Shown here piece after piece: positions 25,962 through 36,406 of a stretch of 64,000 nt of DNA (position 1 is its first letter; every line of letters starts with the position of its first letter). The position numbers and the translations under genes are program-made. Source of the DNA: Nemertoderma westbladi (lineage: Eukaryota > Animalia > Xenacoelomorpha). The stretch spans positions 1-64,000 of the forward strand of contig JAUCBJ010007419.1 of NCBI GenBank assembly GCA_032718475.1, read 5' to 3'. The notes beneath the pieces are model-generated. The model was not told the origin of the DNA. It was given only the letters and a program-made list of their open reading frames with translations, and searched no databases.

Positions 25962-27135
25962 TGTTCGCGCTTTCAGACCTTTGGCAGTTTAACCCGCCAA
26001 ATTAGGATGTCTTTTAGATAATAAATCACTTTTAGCCTATGACAAGTATTTGATTCACTACACTAGTCGAAACCAATCTGTGCGCGATCATTCACCCGCT
26101 GGATATACCCGGGAGATTGGGTTCGACGGCTTAATCTTATTGCTATGTAAGCCTAATGTATTATTCGACTGACAGTATTATATAATCTCTGACAATATTA
26201 TTCACCTTCGGGAAATATTAACAGTCCCTTTAGGACGTGGCGCTCTATCTATATAAACAGAGTTATGACTTAAACTACTCACAACGATATGGCTTAGTTA
26301 TAATTCACATATATGGCGCATTCTTTAGGAAATGCTTCGTTATCAGTCTCACTCATACACAATGCTGCACAATACTGCACACTAATCTGCCGATCTTCAC
26401 TGATTTTAGTCACATATAAAAGGAACACGGACCGACTCATGTAGGGTCTATCAAATAACATTAGATTCACTTCAAACCACTTTAACATAAGTCACAATCG
26501 TTATATATAACCTTTCTCTCTTACCTTCGGTATATCAAGAATATTGGGTTTCGGGGTTATTTATCGTTATTCCAAATATAATAATTCATCAACCATATTA
26601 TGAAGGACCGACAGTAAATAGCAGTATAACAATATAAAGTATGCACAGTGTTTGATTAGGTATGGTATGTTATGATTTGAGTTGAGTTGTTATGCAGTTT
26701 GCAGTCAGTTTTGTTATGATAACGGATATATGTCCTTATAATTAAGCCTACTAGTGTAAGGCAGAGCCGTTCTTCCGGGCTTAGAATCACCAACAACACT
26801 AAAAACTGATAAGAATAACCTTATTTACAAAAGCTTCCACCCACCACAGAGAATGAGCATACAGATAGGAAAATTCAGTTCAGTAGATCTGTGATAGGTC
26901 GAAATCAAAACCAACTCAAATCCTATTGGCAGATACAGAAAGCAGGGCTGTGGGGCAACCTTCCCAAGCTGGTTGGACGATCAAACGTAGCCCAGATCCC
27001 TTCATACAGCAAATCAGCCAATCAGCCGGTAGCTTGCACTATTCGAGCTAGAGATCCCTTTTAGAGTATTCCAGCGCCTTGGGGGGAACTGGTTAGCAAA
27101 GCAAACGAATCAGTTATCCCACAAAAGCTTTTACA
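25962..27135 (-). repeat. 5' LTR of element 2
   Basis: Copy of 11299-12472; upstream of gag on the minus strand. Confidence 0.97.
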
Positions 27136-27308
27136 TGTTTTATTTGCTAATTTTGCGTATTGTGCATTATTCAATCTTTATTTGACTATTAATATGTGTC
27201 TATTTTAGTTTATAGAAGTATAGAAGTATAATTGTGAGACATTAGAAACTACGTTATGCCGGTGTTTGTAAACGTTATCCTTTAGACGATAACGTTTAGG
27301 AGCGGTAT

Positions 27309-28900
27309 AAAATGCTATGGCTACTAAATTTCAAATTTTTTAATATCTATAGTAAACAAGTTTTTGAAATATAAATTGAACTTATATTTGTATTTTAGAT
27401 AGATGATTTAGTTACTATGGTCCATTTTTGCATATCATTGCGGTGAATCAACCTGTTATTTCTATTTGCAAGTAAAGTTATTGTTGTTAAGGGTTGCTAA
27501 GTGATCTACATTAAATTTAGAGTACTTTTATTAGTATTTTAAATAGAAGTTGACAACTACCTGTTAATGGCTTTAGGCCTGGCAGCTGTTATATAAACCA
27601 CGCCATATGAGTGGAGCGTTTTCTGTGTGCTGGCCCAATGAGGATCGAGCAGCAATGTCCTCTAAGCATTACCCGTAGTAATACATTGCAGCTAACCTCA
27701 GCTCAATAGAAATTGTGAGTTTATATATATTAGTTTTGGGGCCCAAATCCCATTATTATCTCAACTGAACTCTAGCTTGATTCTTCCTTAGTTAATTTCT
27801 TTTCATTTATATTAGTTTCGAGTTTGAGCAATATGTTTTGTGTATATTAGTATAGAAATTGTCCTTGTAATAATATGTCCTAAATTATATTATATTTGAA
27901 AGTCAGTTTAATGTTTTAATGGATTAATGTTTTGGAAACGCTACAGCTTACAGCGGCCATGTTGGGGCGTATAGGGTAATTTGGCGAAGGGATGAGACGC
28001 CTCAACGCACATTGGAAATAGTCAAGGGAAGTATGGGGCTTATTTTGGGCTAACAGATCGGTTTTGGGGTGCTAAATGGGTTTCCTTACGTCCTAAAGAT
28101 ATAGTACTGCTTCATAGGTAACAGTATAATAAATTGGGAAGGAATGAATAAATTTAGTTGTATTTCCCGTTTTGAACCTGACTTGTTTGTAAATAAATTA
28201 TATACCGCAAGTCAATCGGAGATTAAACTAAATTGGGGGGATACGCGAGTAAAAATAGGTCTTGCTTGTATACGTTTTCGGGGCAAATGTTTTGGGTTAG
28301 TTAGGTATCGTCCTTCATTGGTCCATTTAGAAAACTACGGGATATTTGTAATATGTGCGAAGTTTAGCCATTGGGCATAACCTATAGATAAGAAAATTGT
28401 ATTTAGATAATTTGTACTATTCTAGAACGAGAGTGTAGTTACAGTACAGATCATTCATTCTAGAACTGTGAAATCGGTTTTCTAAGGAGGGATGGAATCC
28501 TGGTGAGTCTCAAACATTTCTGGCCTATTTTAAATTTAGGTTTATATTTTAATGCGGTAACAATCTGTAGTCAGGATTTTTCGGCTTATAAAATAGATAT
28601 TTCGCATCTACAATTACTGTAAATTATAAAGGTGATAGTAACAGGTGCTATTACATTGAAGTCCTGGACCAGCGTTTTCCTTTGCTTGCGATAGATAATT
28701 AGTTTTCCCTGGCGGGGGAGTTTTTATTTCGAAATAAATTATATATTTTGCTGGAGGAATTTGAGATCGCAATTTTAGTTTATACTAAGATTGTGGATCG
28801 AAGATTCGTTGGATATTACTTGGTTCCTACGAATTCTACACAGTCTGATTGTCGGAAACTAGAAAATATAAATATAAAAATTATATATTAAATGGGGAAT
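27309..28900 (+). mobile_element. Candidate degenerate 3' LTR of element 1 (right boundary uncertain)
   Basis: Follows AGGAGCGG|TATAAAATGC, comparable to element 2's GGGAGCGG|TGTAAAAGC. TATATAAA at ~27590; shares ACGTCCTAAAG with the other LTRs. No second copy is available to confirm it. Confidence 0.35.
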
Positions 28901-28916
28901 CTTTTAGGAACGTTAA

Positions 28917-29860
28917 GCCAAGGAATGCCTGTTCACCACCATGGGTGATCTTCCACAGTAAACCCTTCCACTCTGTTTCCTAAAGGAATGCCTGTTCACC
29001 ACCATGGGTGATCTTCCACAGTAAACCCTTCCACTCTGTTTCCTAAAAGGAATGCCTGTTCACCACCATGGGTGATTTTCCACAGTAAACCCTTCCACTC
29101 TGTTTCCTAAAGGAATGCCTGTTCACCACCATGGGTTACCTTCCACAGTAAACCCTTCCACTCTGTTTCCTAAAGGAATGCCGGTTCACCACCATGGGTG
29201 ATCTTCCACAGTAAACCCTTCCACTCTGTTTCCTAAAGGAATGCCTGTTCACCACCATGGGTGATCTTCCACAGTAAACCCTTCCACTCTGTTTCCTAAA
29301 GGAATGCCTGTTCACCACCATGGGTGATCTTCCACAGTAAACCCTTCCACTCTGTTTCCTAAAGGAAAGCCTGTTCACCACCATGGGTGATCTTCCATAG
29401 TAAACCCTTCCACTCTGTTTCCTAAAGGAATGCCTGTTCACCACCATGGGTGATCTTCCACAGTAAACCCTTCCACTCTGTTTCCTAAAGGAATGCCTGT
29501 TCACCACCATGGGTGATCTTCCACAGTAAACCCTTCCACTCTGTTTCCTAAACGAATGCCTGTTCACCACCATGGGTGATCTTCCACAGTAAACCCTTCC
29601 ACTCTGTTTCCTAAAGGAATGCCTGTTCACCACCATGGGTTATTTTCCACAGTAAACCCTTCCACTCTGTTTCCTAAAGGAATGCCTGTTCACCACCATG
29701 GGTGATCTTCCATAGTAAACCCTTCCACTCTGTTTCCTAAAGGAATGCCTGTTCACCACCATGGGTGATCTTCCACAGTAAACCCTTCCACTCTGTTTCC
29801 TAAAGGAATGCCTGTTCACCACCATGGGTGATTTTCCACAGTAAACCCTTCCGCTCTGAT
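28917..29860. repeat. 63-bp tandem array (~15 copies) derived from the adjacent SINE tail
   Basis: Unit AAGGAATGCCTGTTCACCACCATGGGTGATCTTCCACAGTAAACCCTTCCACTCTGTTTCCTA. Confidence 0.95.
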
Positions 29861-30037
29861 TCCCAAGTTGCCTTGCTTCCCATTCATCGACCACTGAAGG
29901 GTGAAGGCCAGGGTTGGGCTAGGCTGCAGCATTTAAAGCACTGTGACCGAACAGTGCTGACCACTCTAGCCTAGGGGTCGAACCAGTGCCTCTTGATTGG
30001 AAGCCCGGGAGTGGCACCACTAGACCAAGCTGCTGCT
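29861..30037 (-). mobile_element. tRNA-derived SINE head and body
   Basis: Minus strand has A box TGGTCTAGTGG (30027-30017) and B box GGTTCGACCCC (29984-29974), then a central CCAACCTGGCCTTCACCCTTCAGTGGTCGATGAATG segment resembling conserved metazoan SINE central domains (from memory). Confidence 0.75.
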
Positions 30038-30138
30038 TTTTGTATATTATAAATTTAATAAAAATTAATACGATTAAATACATTATATTATTAACTTATT
30101 AAGTGTAAATATTATTTATTATACTATATTTTATACAG

Positions 30139-30566
30139 TTGTTGGGAGATACAATAGGAATCCGAAGATTCACAATCGCAGGAAGAGGTTATTAATTTAA
30201 CAAATGATTAAAAGAGACCCAACCAAAAAGAGAAAGACAACAACTAAACAAGGAATTCTAAAATCGGCAATGAAAATATTACAAGAGCCCATTAAAGCCC
30301 GTGACGAACATGAGATTTTTGGCGAACATGTAGCGGGCGAGTTACATGGACTCCAAAGTACGGCCATTCGTCGTAAATTGAAGAGGGCGATCACTTTGGC
30401 CATTATCGAAGCCCAAGATGAGGATGAGGTACTACGGCACACCATCCCACCACCACTACCACCACCAATTTGGTATATTACAGAAGATGGTATATCAATA
30501 TCCTCACCTAATGGTACTCAGTACCCATTAAATGGACGAGTGGATGGGTCAGGGGACAGCGCCTGA
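30139..30566 (+). pseudogene. Last exon of a PIF/Harbinger accessory (MADF/Myb-type, BESS-like C-terminus) gene
   Basis: Acceptor TTTATACAG at 30138. Motif DEHEIFGEHVAGELHGL...RRKLKRAI. Convergent with a Harbinger transposase exon. Confidence 0.6.
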
Positions 30567-30706
30567 GACATCGAACATTTGATTAACATTTTTACACTTT
30601 AATTTATACGGTTTATCTTCTAATTTAATTTTAGTTATCGTTAATATCAATTATATATTTATTATATACAATTATTTTAAATTATTTTAAAAAATTTATT
30701 ACAAAC

Positions 30707-30819
30707 CGTGATCTGTCCCTTCATTTCATTAGCGATTGCACGGCAGACTATGGGTACAATTCCCGAAATAGTATTGGATGGTATGCGAAATAAATAGGAT
30801 AAACTTTCGTAGGAGTCAC
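30707..30819 (-). pseudogene. Exon of a PIF/Harbinger transposase (HTH region)
   Basis: AG/GT-bounded exon translating to GDSYESLSYLFRIPSNTISGIVPIVCRAIANEMKGQIT, the typical (LAT)GDSY.SL.Y.FRI...TIS.IV..VC.AI motif. Not in the ORF track. Confidence 0.8.
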
Positions 30820-31052
30820 CTGTGATGAAAAATAATTTACCGGCTGACCGGTGGCAACTAGCACTTCAGCACTTGCACAGCAACAGCACTACCGGCGATA
30901 CACAGGTTGGAATTTATGTAGAGTTTGCTCAACAGTACAGATATAAAATAGTTATCTAAATTATATATATTACTATTGACAAGTATTGAAATATATACCG
31001 TTATTCGTGTTATCAGTATTTGCAACATCTGACATTGAAGAGGTGAGAGAAG

Positions 31053-31390
31053 ATGAATACCGGCACTCAACAAAACCAACGCTTATCACAGGTCGGTATG
31101 GTTACCTCGAAATCGGCGCGACTGTCCACTCGAATACAACTTCAAAACACAAACGCCAACAATAAACTGAAAGCGAATCGAACGTCTTCAGAAGAATCTG
31201 TCATTGGGACGAAGAAAAGGAAGCCGAAACCACGGGAATGGACCACAGCTAAGATTGAATGCTCCCATTGTCAGAGTTCCTGGACCGAAATTGAAACACC
31301 AATTGCCGATGGGCTTGATCTCTCAAACCAAAACTTCCTCTGCGGGGTTTGCACGGCAGTAAAGATTGAAAGTCTGGAAGCTGGCATCCC
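31053..31390 (+). pseudogene. Probable LINE ORF1 N-terminal fragment (CxxC...CxxC zinc finger)
   Basis: Basic N-terminus, then IECSHC...FLCGVC and the start of a coiled coil; coding-like character is lost after ~31390. Confidence 0.4.
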
Positions 31391-32520
31391 TAGGTATTAT
31401 TATTATAAAGAGCGTCAGCCTGCGTTTAATAAATATATTTTAATACAAAACAGGTCGAACGCAAAGAGGCTTATAATGAAGACGAGTACTGCATTGATTA
31501 TATTCCTATAAACCACCTGGCTTTGCATATTGAACGTGCGTTTGGAAATAGGTTCGTGCTACCCTTCCGTGGGTGGTAGATGTCGCGGTTATGTATTGGT
31601 GGGTGGGAAGGGAGGGGGGGGGGGGTGCAGATTAAAAGGGGTGAACACGTACTGTCCCCCTTTCTTAGATTAATTGGTGGTGTGGGTTAATCTCTCATAA
31701 CCTGATTTTGTGATACAGTCGCACAATTTTAATTTGTATCTCATAACTGGGCCTCGTGCTGCGCGAAGGCCCCACGAACGTGTAACTCGTAACTCAACCA
31801 ATTGGTCCTTTATCGAAGAAATCCTACATGGGCATTTTGGAGCTAACCCGCCACTACTGCTTGGCTCACTGGAAGTGTATTTAGGTAAAGCTCTATTGTA
31901 GGCTGTGGCTCTGTTTAAGCTTAGCTGAGCCATGACGACAGACATTAGGATGGGAACACGAACACACCATATTATCCTTCCCATATATCCTTCCCATATT
32001 CATTTCAATGGTAGCCAGCTTGTCTTTCCCGCACTGGGGGTAGACCATTGCCATTGGTTAGCTGTATGCTATTGTAATACAAAGAGAGCGGCAGGATAAA
32101 GAGAAATGCCGACCTCACTAATAATGGGCTGGGCCCACAGGTCACTTTAAGGTAGGTGAGGTACAGTATAGGTACTATAGTTTACATGTTCAAGGGCGCC
32201 AGTCCCTAGTCGCTAGCCCATAGTCTGTCATGGAGTTCCTGTAGTAGTTTCAGACGCTTTTACCGATTGCTGCCGATTTTCTTACCAACCCACCGCCTCG
32301 CACACTGCATACACATTTTCTTTTTATTCCATTACAACTAAATTGTGCTTTGGTGATGGTTCTAATTATAACATTTTCCTATAAATAACAATAAACTTAA
32401 ACTTAATAATAAAAACTTAATAACTTAATAATAAACTTTTACTCAGTATCCTAGTGTCCAGGAAGTTGGGAGTTGAGTGTGGGTGGGTGGATTGGTGGCC
32501 CCCACGCAACACCGCAGTGT

Positions 32521-32930
32521 CGGGTGACTACAAAACAAATACCAACGACCCAAATAATAAAGACCTGTACAAATACAAAACACATGTGTTAACTCTCGTT
32601 TATTGTTTTGGTTCCCCAACAAGCCTCTGTAACCTGCTTCTTTACTAACCTGCTCCTTTAAATGGCAATGTGACCTCACGCTCTCTGGCAATGGGACCTA
32701 AAGCTCTTTGGAACCTAATGCTCTTTGGGACGTAACGCGACTTTACCTCTTTGTTTTGTACAGGTCACAAAGAGCGTTATGTACCATTGCCATTTAAAGG
32801 AGCAGGTTAGTAAAGGAGCAAGTTACAGAGGCGTGACGGGGGATTCAAAACAATTAACGAAAGTTAACACATGTACTGTAACAAGATTATGCAGGTCTTT
32901 ATAATTGGGTCTTTGTTTTGTAGTCACCCG
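32521..32930. mobile_element. Fold-back MITE (possibly Mutator-like)
   Basis: Termini CGGGTGACTACAAAACAAA / TTTGTTTTGTAGTCACCCG, long imperfect inverted arms, flanked both sides by GCAGTGT(C). Confidence 0.8.
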
Positions 32931-32999
32931 GCAGTGTCCGCGAATTATACATTGTAAAAAAAATATTAAAAAAAAATTTTATTATAAAAAAAAATATTA

Positions 33000-33170
33000 T
33001 TGAAATTAATTTCCGAAATTAACATCCCGAAATTAATTTATGGACGTCCATTAATTAGTTATTTCATTACGATTCTGATTGGTTGATAGATTAATTTCGG
33101 GACGTCCATAAATTAATTTCGGGACGTCCATAAGTTAATTTCGGGACGTCCATAAATTAATTTCGGGACT
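33000..33170. repeat. ~22-bp subterminal-type repeats TTAATTTCGGGACGTCCATAAA in both orientations (MITE remnant)
   Basis: Three to four direct copies at 33090-33170 and an inverted copy at 33025-33050. Confidence 0.65.
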
Positions 33171-33819
33171 TTCAGATTATTATACATACTCCTCCTTTAA
33201 CGAAGCCCCTTTCAACTCCTTTTATAAGACTGTGTACTCTATCAATGCCTCAGTGGGCGGACTCCAGTACTGCAAGGCTCTGCGCCGGGTAAGTTAACAA
33301 TATGTCAATAATAAAAATGAAAGCGAGCCGACATTTAGTCAGATCGACCAAATGGATGGCCAAGGAGACAGACTGTCTGGATTGAGCTGATTCGAGTTAA
33401 ATGGCTTCGCCAAAACGACCAAGTAGCCCATAGAAATACACTACATTTTTTTGGTGATTTTGGCCGCCAAAACGACCAAGTTAATGTTTATTGGGAGTGG
33501 GACTGTATTCCCAATTATGTAATTAAGAAAGCGAAAACTTGAAAAAGGTGGACAAACCAATCGCTACAAACTGCTTTGCTTAATACGTTTCTGATTGGTC
33601 TGTCCGTTGTCCATGTTTTCTGTGTCCAATCCACCTTTTTCAAACACCCCTGCTGATATCGGTATTTGCTGACATAATTAGATAATGTAAAAAATCAGAT
33701 AGAAACTGATAAAAATTGGTACCGGTACCGGTATACTGGTATACAGTATAGCAGTAATGTGCGCCATCTTGAGGATAATACAGATAGTCTTATACTGTTA
33801 ATACAGTATTGTATTATTA

Positions 33820-35540
33820 TTTTATTCCAAAATTGTAACATTAATCAACGCCGTTTGTATTAACAGCGAGTTGTTACTTAACACCTTACAACTTTAGAGG
33901 ACATTACATCATTGTATTGGCCTGTACATTTAGTATTGTATTTGGTGTTATTGTTTACGTGGTAACCATGACGGCATTCCAAAATTAAAATTGTAACATT
34001 ACTCAACGCCGTTAGTATTAACAGCGAGTTGTTATTTAGCACTTCACAACTTTAGAGGATATTACAGCATTGTATTGGCCTGTACAATTAGTATTGTACA
34101 GTATTTGGATTTTATTTACGTGGTAACCATAGTTTTTTTTTTAAGTAATGTCCCCCTTGTGGGCATTACTTAACACCGTCATGGTAAACAATACACGTAA
34201 ACAATAGGTGGAGATTTGCCTGACAGCCAGATAAGCCTTCTGCATTACTTACCGGTAGCGGTAGGCGGGGTATAGCTACTGTATTAATAACCAGTAAGCC
34301 TAGCTATATTATTATAACATGGCTCCAAACGCCACAATAAATATAAGCTAACTTATTTATAACATCCTGTAATTTATGTCATTTTGACATTTATTTATAG
34401 AGCAACTAATATAGTTTGTGCATGTATATGTACAATCATTTCGTGATGTTAAAATTTTGGAATAAAACTATATACATACTTGTTGCAAAGTACTTTACAG
34501 TGTTTCCTCGTGGCTTTATTTTCACCCACTCACTAACGTTCGTTCGTGTAACAAAGCCACTCAGATCATCACACTGTAAAGTGCTACTTTACACACAAGT
34601 ATGTAAATAGTTAATAAATTATAGCAGCTACTACAGTATATAACATTTATGTTATATACTTAACCTTTAAAGTTAGAAGCAGTCTTGCATAGTCCGATAT
34701 AGACTTCCTCCATTTGCTTTCTCTCTCTCTATATATATATATAGGGTTCTATAGATGAGAGTAATTCATCAAAGGATGAAATTGACATTCTCGTACTGTA
34801 TATGTAATTATTAAAAAATTTCATTTATTTATTTTATAACATCTGCCCGCAATTCTTGATAAAGTTTTCCGATAACGCAGTACAACAACCTTTTTTGATT
34901 GATCGGGTGAACCCAATATCTGCGTTTATTTCGCCGCCTATGTAAGGCATTATGCTAATATTACATCATCGATTTAGTTATCCATATTAATAACTATCTA
35001 CATACTTGTGTGTAAAGTAGCACTTTACAGTGTTATGATCCGTGTGGCTTTGTTACACGAACGAACGTTAGTGAGTGAGTGAAAATAAATCAACGAGGAT
35101 CAGAACACTGTAAAGTACTTTATTCCAAAATTGTAACATTACTCAACGCCGTTAGTATTAACAACGTGTTGTTATTTAGCACTTTACAACTTTAGAGGAC
35201 ATTACAGCATTGTATTGGCCTGTACATTTAGTATTGTATTTGGTGATATTGTTTACATGATAACCATTGACGGCATTAAGTAATGTCCACTAAAGGGACA
35301 ATACTTAACGCCGTCAATGGTTACCACGTAAACAATAGGTGAAAATTTGCCTCACAGCCAGATAGGCCAACTGCATTACCTACCGATAGGCGGGGTATAG
35401 CTAAATAACCAGTAGGGCCTAGCCATATTATTATAACATGGCTCCAAACTCCGCGATAAATATAAGCTAACTTATTTATAACATAATTTATGTCATTTTT
35501 ACATTTATTTGTACAGCAACTAATTTAATTTGTGCAGCTT
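33820..35540. repeat. Duplicated ~420-bp dispersed repeat flanking a palindromic element (34487-35120)
   Basis: TTCCAAAATTGTAACATTA.TCAACGCCG.. starts at ~33824, ~33977 and ~35123. ~120-bp inverted arms at 34487-34607 and 34999-35120. Confidence 0.75.
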
Positions 35541-36406
35541 CTATCACTTATAATGTATATGTACAATCAATCAAGAGGTTCAACTACGTACGTTTCTTCA
35601 CCCTGAAATTAATGATTACACTTTATTGGTCGCTGTGTTGTAGGTTTATGACTTGCTAAGGTTATTGTATAATAGTGTTAGTGTAAAGGCCTACCCGGTT
35701 GACAAAACGTTTAAAATTTAGAAAAAACTTATCAAGCCATAGTTGCTAATTGTGTTGTCAGTACTTGCCAAAACTTAGTATGATTATCAAGTTTCTAATA
35801 AAATTTGTTAGGATCATCAAGTTTCTAATAAAATTTGTTAGGATCATCAAGTTTCTAATAAAACTTGTCAAGTTGTTTCATATTGTTAGAACGTACATGA
35901 TAAATTATTGGAGGTGGTTCGAAATAACTTGCAAGTTACTTGACAACTTTCAAACAAGTTATTTACTTCTGACAAGCAAATTTTTAATACAATTCAGATT
36001 TTTCATAAAGAAATATATATACTGATTATCGTACAGGATTACGCTGATTAGTAAGGTAACAGAACAGGACTAGTTAGATTAACGACGGATAAAACAAAAA
36101 CAATAACGGAAAGTTTTACACAATAATGGACAATAGGGTAACATAACTGTTAAGTGTTACATGTGTGGACGCCAGACGGGGTGGTGTGGTGGTAGGGCGG
36201 GTGGGGAGGGGGGGGGGGGGTGGGGGGGGGGGGTGGGGGGAAATATGTAATTAGAGGAGGTACCATGAAAACATAATACATTAAAGATATATTTTTATAA
36301 TAAGATGAATCATATAATTATCACTGCTATAATCTAATTATCACTACTAATATAAACCACTAACTACTAAATATAATCATCGAAATCAAACCCAAATAAT
36401 CATTAA

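Larger units (their letters stand above)
11299..27135 (-). mobile_element. Full-length BEL/Pao LTR retrotransposon (element 2), 15.8 kb, nested in the 3' region of element 1
   Basis: Two 1174-bp TG...CA direct repeats (11299-12472, 25962-27135). 5-bp TSD TGTTT at 11294-11298 and 27136-27140. Internal gag-pol is on the minus strand. Confidence 0.97.

Noticed and set aside
28917-29860. CRISPR-like regular repeats (also 43283-44285, 50730-55703, 61335-64000)
   Set aside because: Head-to-tail units without unique spacers, no cas genes, eukaryotic context.
29960-30037. Possible tRNA gene
   Set aside because: A/B boxes are present but no convincing acceptor or anticodon stems; continues into a SINE body.
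31620-32260. 104-aa minus ORF
   Set aside because: Looks like a decayed LINE end but is too degenerate to call.
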